A stretch of 64,000 nt of DNA. It comes from Chthoniobacteraceae bacterium. GTDB lineage: Bacteria > Verrucomicrobiota > Verrucomicrobiia > Chthoniobacterales > Chthoniobacteraceae. The translations under genes and the position numbers were made by a program. This document shows positions 9,524 to 19,878 of the stretch, piece after piece. The stretch is taken from NCBI GenBank assembly GCA_040081625.1, contig JBEBGD010000017.1, forward strand, positions 8,784 to 72,783. The letters are read 5' to 3'. The notes beneath the pieces are model-generated. The model did no database searches. It had not been told where the DNA came from and saw nothing but the letters and a program-made list of their open reading frames with translations. How positions within the stretch are numbered: position 1 is the first letter of the stretch; every line of letters begins with the position of its first letter.

Positions 9524-12391
9524 TTAGTAGAGGTAGGCGAACTCGTGCGTGTTGAACAAAGCGAGGCAGACGTCGGCGAGGGCGCGGGTCTCGGGGCTCA
9601 CATCGGCGGGTTTCCTGTCGGGCACGTAGTTTTCAAACGCCGGCAGGATTTCCTCATACTCGAAGACCTTGCCGGAGAATTCCTCGACCAATGACCGCGT
9701 GATACGCGTCGGATACTTCGCCGGCGCGGGCTTTACACCACGATGGTAGGTCTGCATTTCGCCGAGGTAAGTGGTCATGCGCTTCCGTTCGGCGTCCGCT
9801 GGCGGGCGGCCGAATGCGAGTCGGAAAGCTCGATCGATCTGGCCGGCTGGCGTCTTTGCCTCGCGTTGCAGCCGCAGCGCGAAAGCGATCGATCGATCCG
9901 TCATCAGGTCGCTGTTCACCATCGTGAATGCCTGCGGCGAAACTGCGGCGGCGTCGCGCAGGTCGCAGGACTCATTTGGATTCGGCTGATTGAAAACCTC
10001 GAGGAACGGGTCGGCCTGGCCGCGCACGCGATAGGCGTAGATGCTGCGACGATTGCGCTCCTGCGGCGTGCGCGAGGGCTGATACGCAGGCGCGAGCGAG
10101 AACTGAATCATGCGCGGCTGCAGTGCGACCTCGAGGTTGATCTCCGGCATGACGGGCAGGCCGCCGAGCGTGGGGTCCAGTTCGCCGGTGATGCCCAGCA
10201 TCGCGTCGCGCATTTCCTCCGCGGTGAGGCGGCGATTTTGGAAATACGCGAAGCGGTCGTTGTTCGGATCGTCGTTTTTCAACGTGTCCATCTGCGGATG
10301 CAGCGAGCCCATTCGATACGCGTGCGAAGTCATGATGAGCTTGTGCAGCCGCTTGAGCGTCCAGCCGTGCTCGACGAAATCCGCGCTGAGCCAGTCGAGC
10401 AATTCCGGGTGCGTGGGTTTCCCGCCTTTTACGCCGAAGTTGTTTGGCGTGCTGACGATTGGTTTTCCGAAATGATACTGCCAGACGCGGTTCACGATGG
10501 AGCGCGTGGTCAGCGGATTGCCCGCGTCGGCGATCCACTTTGCGAGGCCGAGCCGGCGGCCAGTCAGATCCTCCGGCAGCAAAAACGGATCGCCCGGCGC
10601 GCCTTCAACGCCGAGGCCGAGCACGCTGAGCACGCCCGGCTGCACTTTCTCGCCGGGAGCTTCCAGCGAGCCGCCGGTGAAAATCCGCGAGTCGGGCCGC
10701 CAGTTGACATTGATCACATCGGCCATTCGCAGCTTGCGCCCGCTGGCAAAATTCAGCTTCGGATCGGGACCGTCATAGACGCTCTGCACCATGGGTTCGT
10801 AACGCTCCAGCGCGCGCTGCCAGATCCACTCGTCCTGCTCCCGCACCTTGAGCTGGCCTTCATCCACGTGATCGAGGCCCACGGCCCGCGCCGGCTTTTC
10901 GTCGTCGGGCAGATTCTTGCGCGCCTCGTTCGATTTGTAAGGCAGGTCGTGCTCCTTGAACCACGCGCGCGCAGCGGTCTCGCGCTTCTCCACGATCTTG
11001 TTTTTCTCGCCCGTCGCGAAGGCGAGCATCTTCTCCACGAACGCCTTCCCTTCCTCAAATCCGTCGCGCCTTTCCCCGGGCAGATAGCGCAGTGGACGCT
11101 CGGCCATCTGCGTCCCGGAGATGGCGGAATAGATGCGGTAGTAATCGCGCGTCGGCAGCGGATCGAACTTATGATCGTGGCACTTGAAGCAGCGCAGCGT
11201 GGTGGCGAGGAAAGTCTGTCCGATGCCATTCACGAGATCGTCGCGGTATATCTGCTGCGCCTCCTCGTCCTTCACCATCGCGTTGTCCCACGGCCCCATC
11301 CGCAGGAAGCCGGTGGCTACGATCTTCTCCGCTTCCTCCGGGGTGTAGTCACCCGTCTTGCGAACCTCCGCGACCTTCTCCGCATCGCCGCCGAGCCGCT
11401 TCGCCGCGGAGAGGTCTGCGAGTTGATCACCCGCGAGCTGTTCGAGCACGAACTCGTTGTAAGGCTTGTCGGCGTTGAACGCGCGGATCACGTAGTCGCG
11501 ATAGCGCCACATATTCGAGCGCTCGAAATCGTTGGCCATCCCGCCGGTGTCGGCATAGCGCGCCACGTCGAGCCAATGCTGCGCCCAGCGCTCACCGTAG
11601 CGCGGACTGGCGAGCAGGCGGTCGATGAGATCGGCCCAGGCCCCGGTGGCGTCCGCCTTCCACGCGGTGAGAAAATCGGACGTCTCCTCCGGCGTGGGCG
11701 GCAGGCCGAGGAGGTCGAAGGTGGCGCGACGGATCAGCGTCAGCGGATCTGCCTGCGCCGCCGGCGGGGTCTTCGCTTTCGCGAGCGTGGCGGCGATGAA
11801 ATGATCCACCGGATTGGCCGCTTTCGCGTCGGTGATCGCAGGCTTCTTCACCGGCTGAAAGCCCCACACATTCTCCGGCTTGTAGCGGCGGTAAGTCCAC
11901 GCGTCCGCGAGCCCGCCGCTCGTCTTCCAGATCACGCCATCTTCGTTGGAAACGACCGCCCATTCCGCCTCGCGCAGAGTCTTCTGCTCCGCCTCGCCCG
12001 GCCACGGCGCACCGGCATCGATCCACGCGCGCACGAGTTCGACCTGCTCGGGTTTGAGACGGTCATTCTCCTTCGGCGGCATCTCCATGTCTTTGTCCGC
12101 CCACGTCACTGCGATGAACATGTCGCTCGCCTTTGCATTGCCCGGCACGAGCACCTTGTCGGAGGTTTCGCCGCCATTCAGCAGCCCCTCGCGGGTATGC
12201 ATATTCAGCTCGCCCTTGATCTTTTTCGGGTCATCGCCGTGGCAGGCAAAGCACTTGTCTTTGAGCAAGGGCAGCACCTTCAGGGTGAAGAGTTTTTCCG
12301 CAGCCGCCTGATCGACGGGCGCGGCGTGGAGCGCGCTGGCGGCGAGGAGCACGGCGCACGCGGCGAGCAGGGGGAGGTTACGGTTTTCCAT
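9524..12391 (-). CDS. PSCyt1/DUF1549/DUF1553 protein
   Basis: Signal peptide; CFACH and CFKCHDHKFDP; 'YGERWAQHWLDVARYADT', 'PTHPELLDWL'. Confidence 0.93.
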   Translation of the reverse strand: MENRNLPLLAACAVLLAASALHAAPVDQAAAEKLFTLKVLPLLKDKCFACHGDDPKKIKGELNMHTREGLLNGGETSDKVLVPGNAKASDMFIAVTWADKDMEMPPKENDRLKPEQVELVRAWIDAGAPWPGEAEQKTLREAEWAVVSNEDGVIWKTSGGLADAWTYRRYKPENVWGFQPVKKPAITDAKAANPVDHFIAATLAKAKTPPAAQADPLTLIRRATFDLLGLPPTPEETSDFLTAWKADATGAWADLIDRLLASPRYGERWAQHWLDVARYADTGGMANDFERSNMWRYRDYVIRAFNADKPYNEFVLEQLAGDQLADLSAAKRLGGDAEKVAEVRKTGDYTPEEAEKIVATGFLRMGPWDNAMVKDEEAQQIYRDDLVNGIGQTFLATTLRCFKCHDHKFDPLPTRDYYRIYSAISGTQMAERPLRYLPGERRDGFEEGKAFVEKMLAFATGEKNKIVEKRETAARAWFKEHDLPYKSNEARKNLPDDEKPARAVGLDHVDEGQLKVREQDEWIWQRALERYEPMVQSVYDGPDPKLNFASGRKLRMADVINVNWRPDSRIFTGGSLEAPGEKVQPGVLSVLGLGVEGAPGDPFLLPEDLTGRRLGLAKWIADAGNPLTTRSIVNRVWQYHFGKPIVSTPNNFGVKGGKPTHPELLDWLSADFVEHGWTLKRLHKLIMTSHAYRMGSLHPQMDTLKNDDPNNDRFAYFQNRRLTAEEMRDAMLGITGELDPTLGGLPVMPEINLEVALQPRMIQFSLAPAYQPSRTPQERNRRSIYAYRVRGQADPFLEVFNQPNPNESCDLRDAAAVSPQAFTMVNSDLMTDRSIAFALRLQREAKTPAGQIDRAFRLAFGRPPADAERKRMTTYLGEMQTYHRGVKPAPAKYPTRITRSLVEEFSGKVFEYEEILPAFENYVPDRKPADVSPETRALADVCLALFNTHEFAYLY

Positions 12392-13979
12392 GTGCGTAAA
12401 TGTCGGCGATTTCCTTGGGAGTGAGGGCGGCGGCGAAGAGTGCGAATTCGTCCATGCAGCCGTTGAGATTGCGGATCGTGAACGCCGCGTCCTTGCGATA
12501 CATCGGCTCGCTCCAGTTGCAGATCGAGGCCGCGCCGATGCTCACGTTTTCCACGAGATAGTCCGCAGGCACGGCTTCCTGGCTGAGCACCTGGCCATTG
12601 AGATAGTGCGTCACCATGCGCGCATCCGCGTCGTAGGTCGTCGCGATCATCAGCCACTGGCCGCTGAGCGAAGCATTCCAGAACTTCGGCGAGTAAAAGA
12701 TGTGCTGATCCTTTTCGCCCGTCTTCCGGCCGGACTTGTCCCTCTTCTTGACCGAAAAGAACAGCCGGCCGTCGCCCATGATCTGCCAGTGCGGCTCGTG
12801 CAGGTCGTGTCCGTCGGTGAGGAAAAGTGAGTTATACAGTCGGTCGAGGCTGTTGATCTTCACCCAGGTCAGCAGCGTGATGGAGCGGTATTCGCCGGGC
12901 ACATTCACCCGCACGCGGCTGCCGGTCGGGCTGAAATCCAGCGCGCCGCCCGGCATGCCCCAGCGATCCGCCACGCGCGCCGCGGCGACTATCGCGCCTT
13001 CGCTCGCAGTGCCGGCGCTGGCTTCATTCGGCAGGCGGCGATTGCCGGGATCCGCGGTGCCCGCCTGATAGATAGCCACGAGGCGCGGATCGCGCCGAAG
13101 CGCTTTGCTGACGCGCTGCCAATCCTCGCGACGCGACGCGCGGGCCGCCGTGAGCTTTTCGCGCAGGTCGCTCATGCCGACGAACCCCGCGGCGTTCGCG
13201 GCCAGCGCCGTGCCTTTGCCGTCGGCACTCCAGCTCAGCGCCTCGCCGCGTTCCATCCGCCGCATCGCCTCGGCGCGCGGATGCCATTCCACTTCGCCAT
13301 CGAGCACATGCACCTCGGACTGATTCGCGGAAACTTTCAGCGCGAACTCCGTGCCGAGGTCCACGACTTCACCCTCCGTCGTGTGAATGCGGAAGCCCTG
13401 CGCGGGCTCGGGCACGCGGGCGCGCACTTTGCCGTGCGCGACTTTCATCTCCATCGGCGACACGATCTCAAACTCGGCGTCGCCCTCGACCACCACGGTC
13501 ACACCGCTGAACAACTCGAGTTGCGCGATGCCCGACGCGAGCTGCAGCGAACCGGCGGGAAGCAGCGCGCCATCGGCGAGCTGCGGCGAGTTTTTCCAGA
13601 CCGTGTCCGACTGACCGGCAATCACCGCGAAGCCGCTGGCCTTCGGCTCCGGTGCGGCGGCCACGACGGCATCGCCCGGGCGCTTGTTTTGCAAAAGCAC
13701 CACCGCGACTGCCGCCATCGCGATGATAATCGCCGCGATCGCCGCAAACGCGGGGATCCATCGCCGCGCCGGAGCGGGCATCGCGACGATCTTCCGCCCG
13801 CTATCCGATGCCGCGCCTGCTTCGGTTTCGAGCGCCGCCGACAGCGCGAGCCGGTCGAAGTATTCCTGCCGCGCTGCTGGATCGACGGAGAACTCCGCTT
13901 CGAGCCGGAGAAAGTCCGCTTCCGATATGTCGCCCTCGATGAGGGCATCGATGAGCTGGCTGCGTTCCTGGCGATTCAT
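12378..13979 (-). CDS. FecR-like anti-sigma factor with C-terminal LamG/concanavalin domain
   Basis: Cytoplasmic N-terminus, one TM helix, FecR motifs 'VVDLGTEF' and 'VHVLDGEV', LamG 'NLNGCMDEFALF'. ATG 13979 overlaps the sigma stop codon. Confidence 0.88.
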   Translation of the reverse strand: MNRQERSQLIDALIEGDISEADFLRLEAEFSVDPAARQEYFDRLALSAALETEAGAASDSGRKIVAMPAPARRWIPAFAAIAAIIIAMAAVAVVLLQNKRPGDAVVAAAPEPKASGFAVIAGQSDTVWKNSPQLADGALLPAGSLQLASGIAQLELFSGVTVVVEGDAEFEIVSPMEMKVAHGKVRARVPEPAQGFRIHTTEGEVVDLGTEFALKVSANQSEVHVLDGEVEWHPRAEAMRRMERGEALSWSADGKGTALAANAAGFVGMSDLREKLTAARASRREDWQRVSKALRRDPRLVAIYQAGTADPGNRRLPNEASAGTASEGAIVAAARVADRWGMPGGALDFSPTGSRVRVNVPGEYRSITLLTWVKINSLDRLYNSLFLTDGHDLHEPHWQIMGDGRLFFSVKKRDKSGRKTGEKDQHIFYSPKFWNASLSGQWLMIATTYDADARMVTHYLNGQVLSQEAVPADYLVENVSIGAASICNWSEPMYRKDAAFTIRNLNGCMDEFALFAAALTPKEIADIYAHGKP

Positions 13980-14518
13980 GAAAGTCCCTCCTGAGCGCGG
14001 GTCTGTTTCTGCATGCATTCGAGCAGCGCGTTGCGGAGACGATGCAGCGTCACCTTCAACCCGCCCACACTGCGTCCGGCCTGCGCGGCAAAATCATGCA
14101 GCGTCCCCGACTTCGCGTAGCGATGCATCAGGAGTTCGCGATCCTGCGGGCGCAGCTTTTCCAGGCATCGCTTCAGCGCTTCGTGCTGCTGCTCCGCACC
14201 ATCGCCCCGCGCCGCGATCTCCTCCGCGAAGGTCTCCTCCAGTTCCTCGCTGAAAACCAGCCGCGCATCCCGCGCCTGCTTCTTCCGGTAAGTCAGCACC
14301 TCATACCGCGCCACGCTGAACGCCCACGCCTTGAAGTTCGTCCCGGGCGCAAAGTCGTCGCGCTTCTGCCAGAGCGTCGCGTTCGCCTGCTGCGCCACAT
14401 CCTTCGCGGCCGGATCGCCCGGCAGCAGCGACTGCACATACAGCCGCAGCGGCATCTGGATGCCGGTCAGGAGCGCGACAAAGGCGCTCTCATTCGGGTT
14501 GTCGTCGGGAGGCTGCAC
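13976..14518 (-). CDS. ECF sigma-70 factor (Rhodopirellula/Verrucomicrobium type)
   Basis: 'DVAQQANATLWQK..F.PGTNFKAWA', 'ALKRCLEKL', 'LHRLRNALLECM'. Confidence 0.92.
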   Translation of the reverse strand: MQPPDDNPNESAFVALLTGIQMPLRLYVQSLLPGDPAAKDVAQQANATLWQKRDDFAPGTNFKAWAFSVARYEVLTYRKKQARDARLVFSEELEETFAEEIAARGDGAEQQHEALKRCLEKLRPQDRELLMHRYAKSGTLHDFAAQAGRSVGGLKVTLHRLRNALLECMQKQTRAQEGLS

Positions 14519-14574
14519 GAGAGGAAATGCCCATCAGCGGTGAAAGGTTAACAAGGATTTTCAAGGGACGTCAT

Positions 14575-14726
14575 TAGCCCGCCCGCTTCCGGTAAAGCGT
14601 GTCGCAACCGTCAGCGAAGCCGATCTGGAAGGCGTCGCGTGGTTGGCGAAGTCGTAGAGGACGGCGTCTTCCGCGAACACGGGCGATGGCGAGGAGCAGA
14701 CTGGGGGCGAAGGTTTTCAGCGACAT
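14575..14726 (-). pseudogene. Remnant 5' end of a secreted-protein gene
   Basis: ATG 14726 reads MSLKTFAPSLLLA; a shifted frame continues SPVFA-EDAVLYDFAN, which looks like a signal peptide plus mature start. Coding character is then lost. Confidence 0.4.
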
Positions 14727-14753
14727 GGATGGGGCGAGTGAACCGATCCCGCC

Positions 14754-16463
14754 TCAGCGCCGATCCGCCCGGCTTTCCTCGAAGTGTCTCGCGATTTCCT
14801 CCTCGCCGAGCGCGGTCTTGAAAATGGCCAGTTCGTCCATGCGTCCGTTGAGATTGCGGATCGCGAAGGTGGGATCTTCGCGGAAGGGCTGGCCCCAGTT
14901 GCCGACCTCGCCGTTTCCGATGCGCAGCGTTTTGATCAGATACTTCGGCTCGATCTCCTCGCGCGAGATGCGTTTGCCGTTCACGAAGTGCGAGACCTGC
15001 CGGTTCGGGGGATCGAAGACGGAGGCGAGGTGCATCCACTGCCCGCTCATCGAGGGGTCCCACATCGGCGGGGAGTAGTAGAGATGCTGAAAGCGCATGG
15101 TGGCGCCGGGCGGCCCTTTCGGGTCGGGGCGCGCGTCATCGACCATCACCGAAAGGATCATTTGTCCGTCATTGCGGATCTGCCAGTGCGGCTCGCCCGT
15201 CTCGTAGCTATCGGCCATGAAGAGCGCATTATACCAGCGGTCGAGGCTGTCGATCCGCACCCAGCCGATGAAGGTGAAGGCCGGAAATTCGCCGGGAATG
15301 TTCACCCGCACTCGCGACCCCGGCCGGCGGAATTCGAGCGCGGACTTCAAGCCCGGCCAGCGGCCGTCCACTGGCTCGGCCAGCACGACGGCGCCATCGA
15401 GTTCGGGATTGCGCGGCTCGGTCAGGCTCGGGATCAGGGACGCGCGATTTTCGCGGTCGAAGGTGTAATACAGGAGCAGTCGCGGATCCTGCGCGAGTCC
15501 GTCGCGATGCGTTTTCCAGCGCTCGAAATCCGTCTGCCGCTGCTGCGCCGCGCGCGCGCCGTTGCGGTCCAGGTCGGGAAAGGCAACCTGCCCCGCGGTC
15601 GCGGGGACCGGCGCGGTGTTTGGGTTCAGACCGAGCGCGCCGCCCTTTTTCAAAACCATCCTGTCCGCGCCCTCGGGCCGCAGCGCGATTTCACCCTCGA
15701 AGACTTCGACATGCCCCTTGCCGCCGCGCACCGCGAGGCCGAACTCCGTCCCGAGGTCAATGATCTCGGTGGTCGGTGCGTGCAGCTTGAAACCGCGCGC
15801 CGCCGGCGGCACGCGGACATGCACCGCGCCTTCGCTGCACGAAGCCTCCCATGCCGACTTGAGCGAGATCTCCGCCGGGCCTTGCACCGTCATCGCCGCG
15901 CCGGAGAAGAACTGAATCTCCGCCGTGCCGCCCGCGAGCCGGAAGATCTCCGCCCCCAACGTGTCGCCCTCGCGATGGCCCGATTCCGCACTCGGCCATT
16001 TCGCGTCAGAAAGGCGGCCGATCACCGCAAATCCCCGGGCGACCGGTTCGAGAGAATCGGCGCGGACCAACGCTGCGCCAGATTGCGGCGTCGGTTTGAA
16101 ATTCAAAAACAAGATCCCGAGCCCGAGGAGAAATACCACCGACGCCGCGAGCGCCAGCGGCATCAGCATTGGAATTCGGATCACTTTCTCCGCAGGGTTC
16201 GCGGCATTTGCTTCGCCCGATCCGTCCGCCGCCAGCCATGGCGCCGTGGCCGCGGTCGATGACTTTTCCCCGACGCTCGCCACGACGTTCCGCACGGAAT
16301 CGTCGAGCGCCAGATAGCGGCGCATGACCGCCCGCAGCGCCGGGTTTTTCGCCATGCGATCCTGCAACGCGTCGAAATCTGCCTGCCCGATCGTGCCGTC
16401 CAAATAGGCATCGATCCGATCCTGATCTTCCTGCGGCATGTCGCTGAAGTTCGGCGTGCGCAT
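14754..16463 (-). CDS. FecR-like anti-sigma factor with LamG domain (paralog of 12378..13979)
   Basis: TGATG coupling to the sigma gene at 16463; 'IIDLGTEF', 'VEVFEGEI', 'GSRVRVNIPGE', 'FAIRNLNGRMDEL'. Confidence 0.88.
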   Translation of the reverse strand: MRTPNFSDMPQEDQDRIDAYLDGTIGQADFDALQDRMAKNPALRAVMRRYLALDDSVRNVVASVGEKSSTAATAPWLAADGSGEANAANPAEKVIRIPMLMPLALAASVVFLLGLGILFLNFKPTPQSGAALVRADSLEPVARGFAVIGRLSDAKWPSAESGHREGDTLGAEIFRLAGGTAEIQFFSGAAMTVQGPAEISLKSAWEASCSEGAVHVRVPPAARGFKLHAPTTEIIDLGTEFGLAVRGGKGHVEVFEGEIALRPEGADRMVLKKGGALGLNPNTAPVPATAGQVAFPDLDRNGARAAQQRQTDFERWKTHRDGLAQDPRLLLYYTFDRENRASLIPSLTEPRNPELDGAVVLAEPVDGRWPGLKSALEFRRPGSRVRVNIPGEFPAFTFIGWVRIDSLDRWYNALFMADSYETGEPHWQIRNDGQMILSVMVDDARPDPKGPPGATMRFQHLYYSPPMWDPSMSGQWMHLASVFDPPNRQVSHFVNGKRISREEIEPKYLIKTLRIGNGEVGNWGQPFREDPTFAIRNLNGRMDELAIFKTALGEEEIARHFEESRADRR

Positions 16464-17014
16464 CAGGCCGCTCCCTCGTGTTGCACCTTCGACTCCACGC
16501 ATTCCAGCAATTGCCGGCGCAGCCGTTTCAGCCGCATGTAAAATGCCGCCGCGGTCGAGCCCGCTTCCTCTGCGAGTTCCTTGGTCTTCACGCCCGGCGT
16601 GTATGCGAGCGTGAGGAAGCGCCGCTGTTTCTCCGGCATCGCCTCGAGGCACGACTCCAAGGCGACATGCTCCGCGCGCCGCGGCTCGATCTCCTCGACG
16701 CCCTCATCCGCCATCAGCTCCATCACATCCTCGCGAAACACTAACCGGTCGCGCGCCATTTTCCGGCGGTAAGCCAGCGCCTCAAAGCGCGCGATCACAC
16801 ACACCCACTTCATGAAGTTCGTCTCCGGATCGTATTGCTCGAACTTCCGCCAGATCACGATCGCAGTCTGCTGCAACACCTCGTCCGCATCCACGGATGT
16901 CGGCAGCAGCGACCGGATGAACCGGCGCAAATCGGGTTCATAATGCGCAAACCGGGCGATGAACGCCTCGTAGCGCGCGTCCTCCGGTGCGGGTTTTTGA
17001 TCGTGTGAAGGCAT
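16463..17014 (-). CDS. ECF sigma-70 factor (Rhodopirellula/Verrucomicrobium type)
   Basis: 'DEVLQQTAIVIWRKF..Y...TNFMKW', 'LKRLRRQLLECV'. Confidence 0.92.
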   Translation of the reverse strand: MPSHDQKPAPEDARYEAFIARFAHYEPDLRRFIRSLLPTSVDADEVLQQTAIVIWRKFEQYDPETNFMKWVCVIARFEALAYRRKMARDRLVFREDVMELMADEGVEEIEPRRAEHVALESCLEAMPEKQRRFLTLAYTPGVKTKELAEEAGSTAAAFYMRLKRLRRQLLECVESKVQHEGAA

Positions 17015-17445
17015 GATCGTCGTCTGATTACTGCACGAACTCTGAAAATCTAACAGCCCGTCTCGAAGTGGCCGGCAAAAGGAGGGAGATTTCTGGAATG
17101 CGCAGGGCGCGGGAGCGAGCGACCGCGGGAGAGGAGGGCTTCGCTCTGACGATCGACCCGGACCGGTTGCCAGAGATCGTCCGCGAAAGGCGAACGACTC
17201 TCCGTGCGCGCGCGGACGAGCGCAGCGAAGCCAGTTCCATACGCTGGCGCATAGGGTCGGCGGGCGGGCGGTATTGCCGGGGCTTGGCGTTCCCTGAGAA
17301 AAGCTTTTGACGCCGCCCGCTCCAACGCACTAAGTGTGCGCGCTTTTCGGCCGTGCCGCGGTCAAGCCGGTGGACGCTAATTGAAGACCGGACGCGGCGC
17401 AGCGAGGAGCGCTCCATCAATCTCACAGCCAGCTTTTCAAATTGA

Positions 17446-18492
17446 ATGTTTAACGGTTTGTTCGGCCTGTTCTCGAACGATATCGGGATCGACCTCGGCA
17501 CGGCGAATACACTCGTCTATGTCAAAGACCACGGCATCGTCCTGCGCGAGCCGTCGGTCGTCGCCGTGCAGGCGGGCACCAACAAAGTGCTCGCCGTGGG
17601 CGATGAAGCCAAGCGGATGCTCGGGCGCACGCCCGGCAATATTGTGGCGATCCGTCCGCTCAAGGACGGCGTGATCGCGGACTTCGAGATCACCGAGGCG
17701 ATGCTGCGGCACTTCATCCAGAAGGTGCATGGAAAGCGCACGATCTTGAAGGCGCGGCCGCGCGTGGTCATCGCGGTGCCGAGCGGCATCACGGAAGTGG
17801 AGAAGCGCGCGGTGAAGGAATCGGCGCTGCACGCGGGAGCGCGCGAAGTTTACCTGATCGAGGAACCGATGGCGGCAGCGATCGGGTGCGGGCTGCCAGT
17901 GCAGGATGCGGCGGGGAACATGATCATCGACATCGGCGGCGGGACGACGGAGGTCGCGCTGATTTCGCTCTCGGGCATCGTCTTCTCGCGCAGCGTGCGG
18001 GTGGCGGGCGATGAGATGGATGAGGCGATCATTCAATACATGAAGCGCGCTTACAATTTGATGATCGGTGAGCGGACGGCGGAGGACATCAAGATCAAGA
18101 TCGGCTCGGCGCATCCGATCGAGAAGGAGACGACCATGGAGGTGAAGGGTCGCGACCTCGTGGCCGGTCTGCCGAAGACGCTGACGGTCACTTCGCAGGA
18201 AGTGCGCGAGGCGTTGCTGGAACCCATTTCGACCATCGTGGACAGCGTGCGAGTGACCCTCGAGCGCTGCCCGCCTGAACTTTCCGCTGATCTCGTGGAC
18301 CGTGGCCTCGTGCTCGCGGGCGGCGGCGCGCTCCTGCGCGGACTCGATCGTTTGCTCACCGAAGAAACCGGCCTGCCGGTGCACATCGCCGAGGATCCCC
18401 TCAGCGCTGTCGCCGAGGGAACCGGGCGGGCGTTGAGCGAGATGCGATTCCTGCGCCAGGTGGCCACCAGCGATTCCCGCTGGGGCAACTGA
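17446..18492 (+). CDS. mreB: Rod shape-determining protein MreB
   Basis: '[10 protein letters not shown]', 'EPMAAAIG', 'DIGGGTTEV', 'LAGGGALL'. Confidence 0.98.
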   Translation: MFNGLFGLFSNDIGIDLGTANTLVYVKDHGIVLREPSVVAVQAGTNKVLAVGDEAKRMLGRTPGNIVAIRPLKDGVIADFEITEAMLRHFIQKVHGKRTILKARPRVVIAVPSGITEVEKRAVKESALHAGAREVYLIEEPMAAAIGCGLPVQDAAGNMIIDIGGGTTEVALISLSGIVFSRSVRVAGDEMDEAIIQYMKRAYNLMIGERTAEDIKIKIGSAHPIEKETTMEVKGRDLVAGLPKTLTVTSQEVREALLEPISTIVDSVRVTLERCPPELSADLVDRGLVLAGGGALLRGLDRLLTEETGLPVHIAEDPLSAVAEGTGRALSEMRFLRQVATSDSRWGN

Positions 18493-18503
18493 TGGCGTAG
18501 GCA

Positions 18504-19325
18504 ATGTGGCGATCGCGGCTTAATTACATCATCGGCGGAGCGGGCGTGGTGCTGCTCCTCGCGGCGCTTTGGTTCTTCTCGAACCCGCTGCGTTCGCAGC
18601 GCGTGCAGGCGGGATTTCTGGGAATGATCGCGCCCTTTCTCAAGCAAGGCTCGTCGCTCCAGCGTTATTACGTGACGAAGAAGGAGGGGCTGAAAAAGCT
18701 CGAGGATCTCGAGAAGGAAGTGATCCAACTGCGCGTGGTGAACAAGGAGATGAGCGCGACCAACCAGGCGTTGCGCGGCATGGAGACCGAGAATAACCGG
18801 CTGCGCAATGCACTCGGCTACCGGGAGCGCTCGGTCTTTCAGCTCATGCCGGCGCGGATCATCGCGCGCGATGCCTCGACCTGGTATCAGAAGGTGATCA
18901 TCGACCGCGGCTCGGAGGAACTCATCGAGCCGGATCAGGCGGTGCTCACCGAGTCGGGGCTCGTCGGCAAGACGACCAATCTCATCTCGGCGCACACAGC
19001 GCAGGTCATCCTGATCACCGACGAAAACTGCCGCGTGTCCGCATCGATCGAAGGGACGCGCGAACAGGGCATCGTGAAAGGCGAGCGCGCGACGAAGGCG
19101 ACGCTGCCGAAGATCGGACTCGGATTTCTCTCGAAGCAGGCGGCGCTCCGGCCCGGGCTCACGGTCTATACCTCCGGCGTCGGCGGCGTTTTCCCCTCCG
19201 GCATCGAGCTCGGAAAGATCGAGACCTTCGGCCTTCGCGAGCTGGATGCGTATGCGACCGTCAAACCCTCGGTGGACCTGACGACCATCGAGGATGTGTT
19301 CGTCGTGGTGAGCGACACGAAATGA
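18504..19325 (+). CDS. mreC: Rod shape-determining protein MreC
   Basis: N-terminal TM, coiled coil 'ENNRLR', 'IDRGS', 'TSGVGGVFPSGI'; directly follows mreB. Confidence 0.93.
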   Translation: MWRSRLNYIIGGAGVVLLLAALWFFSNPLRSQRVQAGFLGMIAPFLKQGSSLQRYYVTKKEGLKKLEDLEKEVIQLRVVNKEMSATNQALRGMETENNRLRNALGYRERSVFQLMPARIIARDASTWYQKVIIDRGSEELIEPDQAVLTESGLVGKTTNLISAHTAQVILITDENCRVSASIEGTREQGIVKGERATKATLPKIGLGFLSKQAALRPGLTVYTSGVGGVFPSGIELGKIETFGLRELDAYATVKPSVDLTTIEDVFVVVSDTK

Positions 19326-19876
19326 TTTTCTTCCTCATCCTGCTCATCCTCATGTTCGGCGCGCTGGTCATCCAGCACTTCATCGGCCCGCTGCCGATGC
19401 TCGGGTGCCGGCTGCTGCTCATGCAGATGCTCATGCTCTACGGCGCGATCGCGCTGCCGCTGCATGGGATGCTGGTCGTGACGTTCATCGGCGGGCTGAT
19501 GTGGGACGCGCTCCAGGCGCAGCAGATCGACGGCGCCTACCAGATCAGCATGGGCTGGTCGGTGGCCTTCTACATGGGGCTCGGCACGATCATGGCGGGC
19601 TTCCGACCGCTCTTCCTGCGCGGGCGGTGGGAAGTCCACTGCCTGCTCACCGGCGTGCTCACGGCGGCGATCCCGCTGGCGGAGTTCATCATGGTCACGG
19701 TCCGCACCGAGCCGGTGCAGTGGATCTTTGACAAGAGCGTGGCGTGGCGCATCGGCGGCGCGGGGCTGATCGCGACGTTGCTGTCGCCTCTTTTGTTTTT
19801 CGTGCTCAATTACCTCGCCGTGCTGACCGGCTACGACCCGCAGCCGGAGCGCGGCACCAAACCAACCATCCGCTAA
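19322..19876 (+). CDS. mreD: MreD-like membrane protein
   Basis: Multi-TM hydrophobic 184-aa protein between mreC and PBP2, with ATGA overlap. Confidence 0.75.
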   Translation: MIFFLILLILMFGALVIQHFIGPLPMLGCRLLLMQMLMLYGAIALPLHGMLVVTFIGGLMWDALQAQQIDGAYQISMGWSVAFYMGLGTIMAGFRPLFLRGRWEVHCLLTGVLTAAIPLAEFIMVTVRTEPVQWIFDKSVAWRIGGAGLIATLLSPLLFFVLNYLAVLTGYDPQPERGTKPTIR

Positions 19877-19878
19877 CG

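Noticed and set aside
17028..17501. 157-aa ORF in the sigma-mreB spacer
   Set aside because: Overlaps the mreB start on the opposite strand and has no motifs; likely a divergent promoter region.
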